From NCBI GenBank assembly GCA_037076615.1, contig AP029158.1, positions 527,717 to 591,716 of the forward strand: 64,000 bases of DNA, read 5' to 3'. This stretch comes from Candidatus Parcubacteria bacterium. Lineage in GTDB: Bacteria > Patescibacteriota > Patescibacteriia > Patescibacteriales > UBA12465. The notes under the pieces were generated by a model that worked only from the letters and a program-made list of their open reading frames with translations, was not told where the DNA came from and did no database searches. A program made the position numbers and the translations under genes. Of this stretch, positions 63,809-64,000 are shown in pieces; the stretch's first letter is position 1; each line of letters begins with the position of its first letter.

Positions 63809-64000
63809 TTAGTCCTCCTGCCCCTCCGGGCTTTTCTTAGCTCCTAAAAGCCAGGGATTACGTTCTAGCCACTTACCAGCGGTCCATTTCATTAAAATGC
63901 TGGTAATAACAATATTGCTGAGCATTGAAATCCCTACCCCTAAAAATAGCGTGGCTCCAAAACCCTTAACCAGACCGGTGCCAAAACTCATTAAGACGAA
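63809..64000 (-). CDS. secD: Protein translocase subunit SecD (C-terminal part; 5' end beyond window)
   Basis: The frame stays open to position 64000 (...FVLMSFGTGLVKGFGATLFLGV...). Typical SecD C-terminus immediately upstream of secF. Confidence 0.85.
   Translation of the reverse strand, partial: FVLMSFGTGLVKGFGATLFLGVGISMLSNIVITSILMKWTAGKWLERNPWLLGAKKSPEGQED

Noticed and set aside
1-64000. Looked for CRISPR arrays, transposases or integrases, rRNA, introns or inteins in dnaB and nrdD, and reverse transcriptase/DGR elements.
   Set aside because: None seen. Repeats are limited to terminator hairpins and short leader repeats, and DnaB and NrdD lengths leave no room for inteins.

Overview
Gene-dense, moderately AT-rich bacterial chromosome segment read with the standard code (TGA, TAA and TAG all end conserved genes). 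By inference only, it looks like a reduced Patescibacteria/CPR (Parcubacteria-like) genome. The grounds are minimal metabolism, several fused, truncated or split housekeeping genes, and abundant envelope glycosyltransferases. Transcription units are bounded by near-consensus sigma70 promoters (TTGACA-16/17-TATAAT) and clean hairpin terminators.

Content in window order:
- mtaB (partial), tRNA-Lys(UUU) and tRNA-Thr(UGU), dnaB-ybaB-recR, solitary rplU, murA and a PEGA protein.
- A galU plus three-GT2 operon.
- A thymidylate module: dCMP deaminase, thyA, a RibD_C/DHFR-like reductase, a P-loop kinase and a tmk::dut fusion.
- Orphan genes, gatB, miaA, a candidate sRNA unit and miaB.
- GT-C and other large envelope proteins, mltG and uppP.
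- A CIRCE-controlled hrcA-grpE-hsp20-dnaK-dnaJ operon, then mrdA.
- Two OmpR-type regulators (one a pseudo-receiver), a histidine kinase, and a TM-anchored ZnuA-like protein and metallophosphoesterase.
- A Fibrobacter-type (FISUMP) lipoprotein beside tRNA-Gln.
- An operon of an RlpA::DD-carboxypeptidase fusion with ftsE and ftsX, tRNA-Thr(CGU) and ftsB.
- A processive GT2 synthase, a DEDDh exonuclease and a TraD/VirD4-like ATPase with a CxxC-x17-CxxC tail.
- nrdR-nrdD-nrdG, ftsA-ftsZ, pilD, an O-antigen-ligase-like protein, and secF/secD.

The most unusual observation is in the class III ribonucleotide reductase. The 683-aa NrdD ORF stops at tandem TAA TAA just after its zinc ribbon. Its glycyl-radical motif sits on a separate, in-frame 50-aa ORF that falls below the ORF-track cutoff. 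Other notable items:
- GrpE fused to a catalytically degenerate Nudix-like domain.
- A compensated CIRCE variant overlapping a perfect promoter.
- A Tmk::Dut fusion.
- An orphan promoter-plus-terminator unit of about 190 nt antisense to its neighbours.

No CRISPR array, transposase or rRNA was seen.
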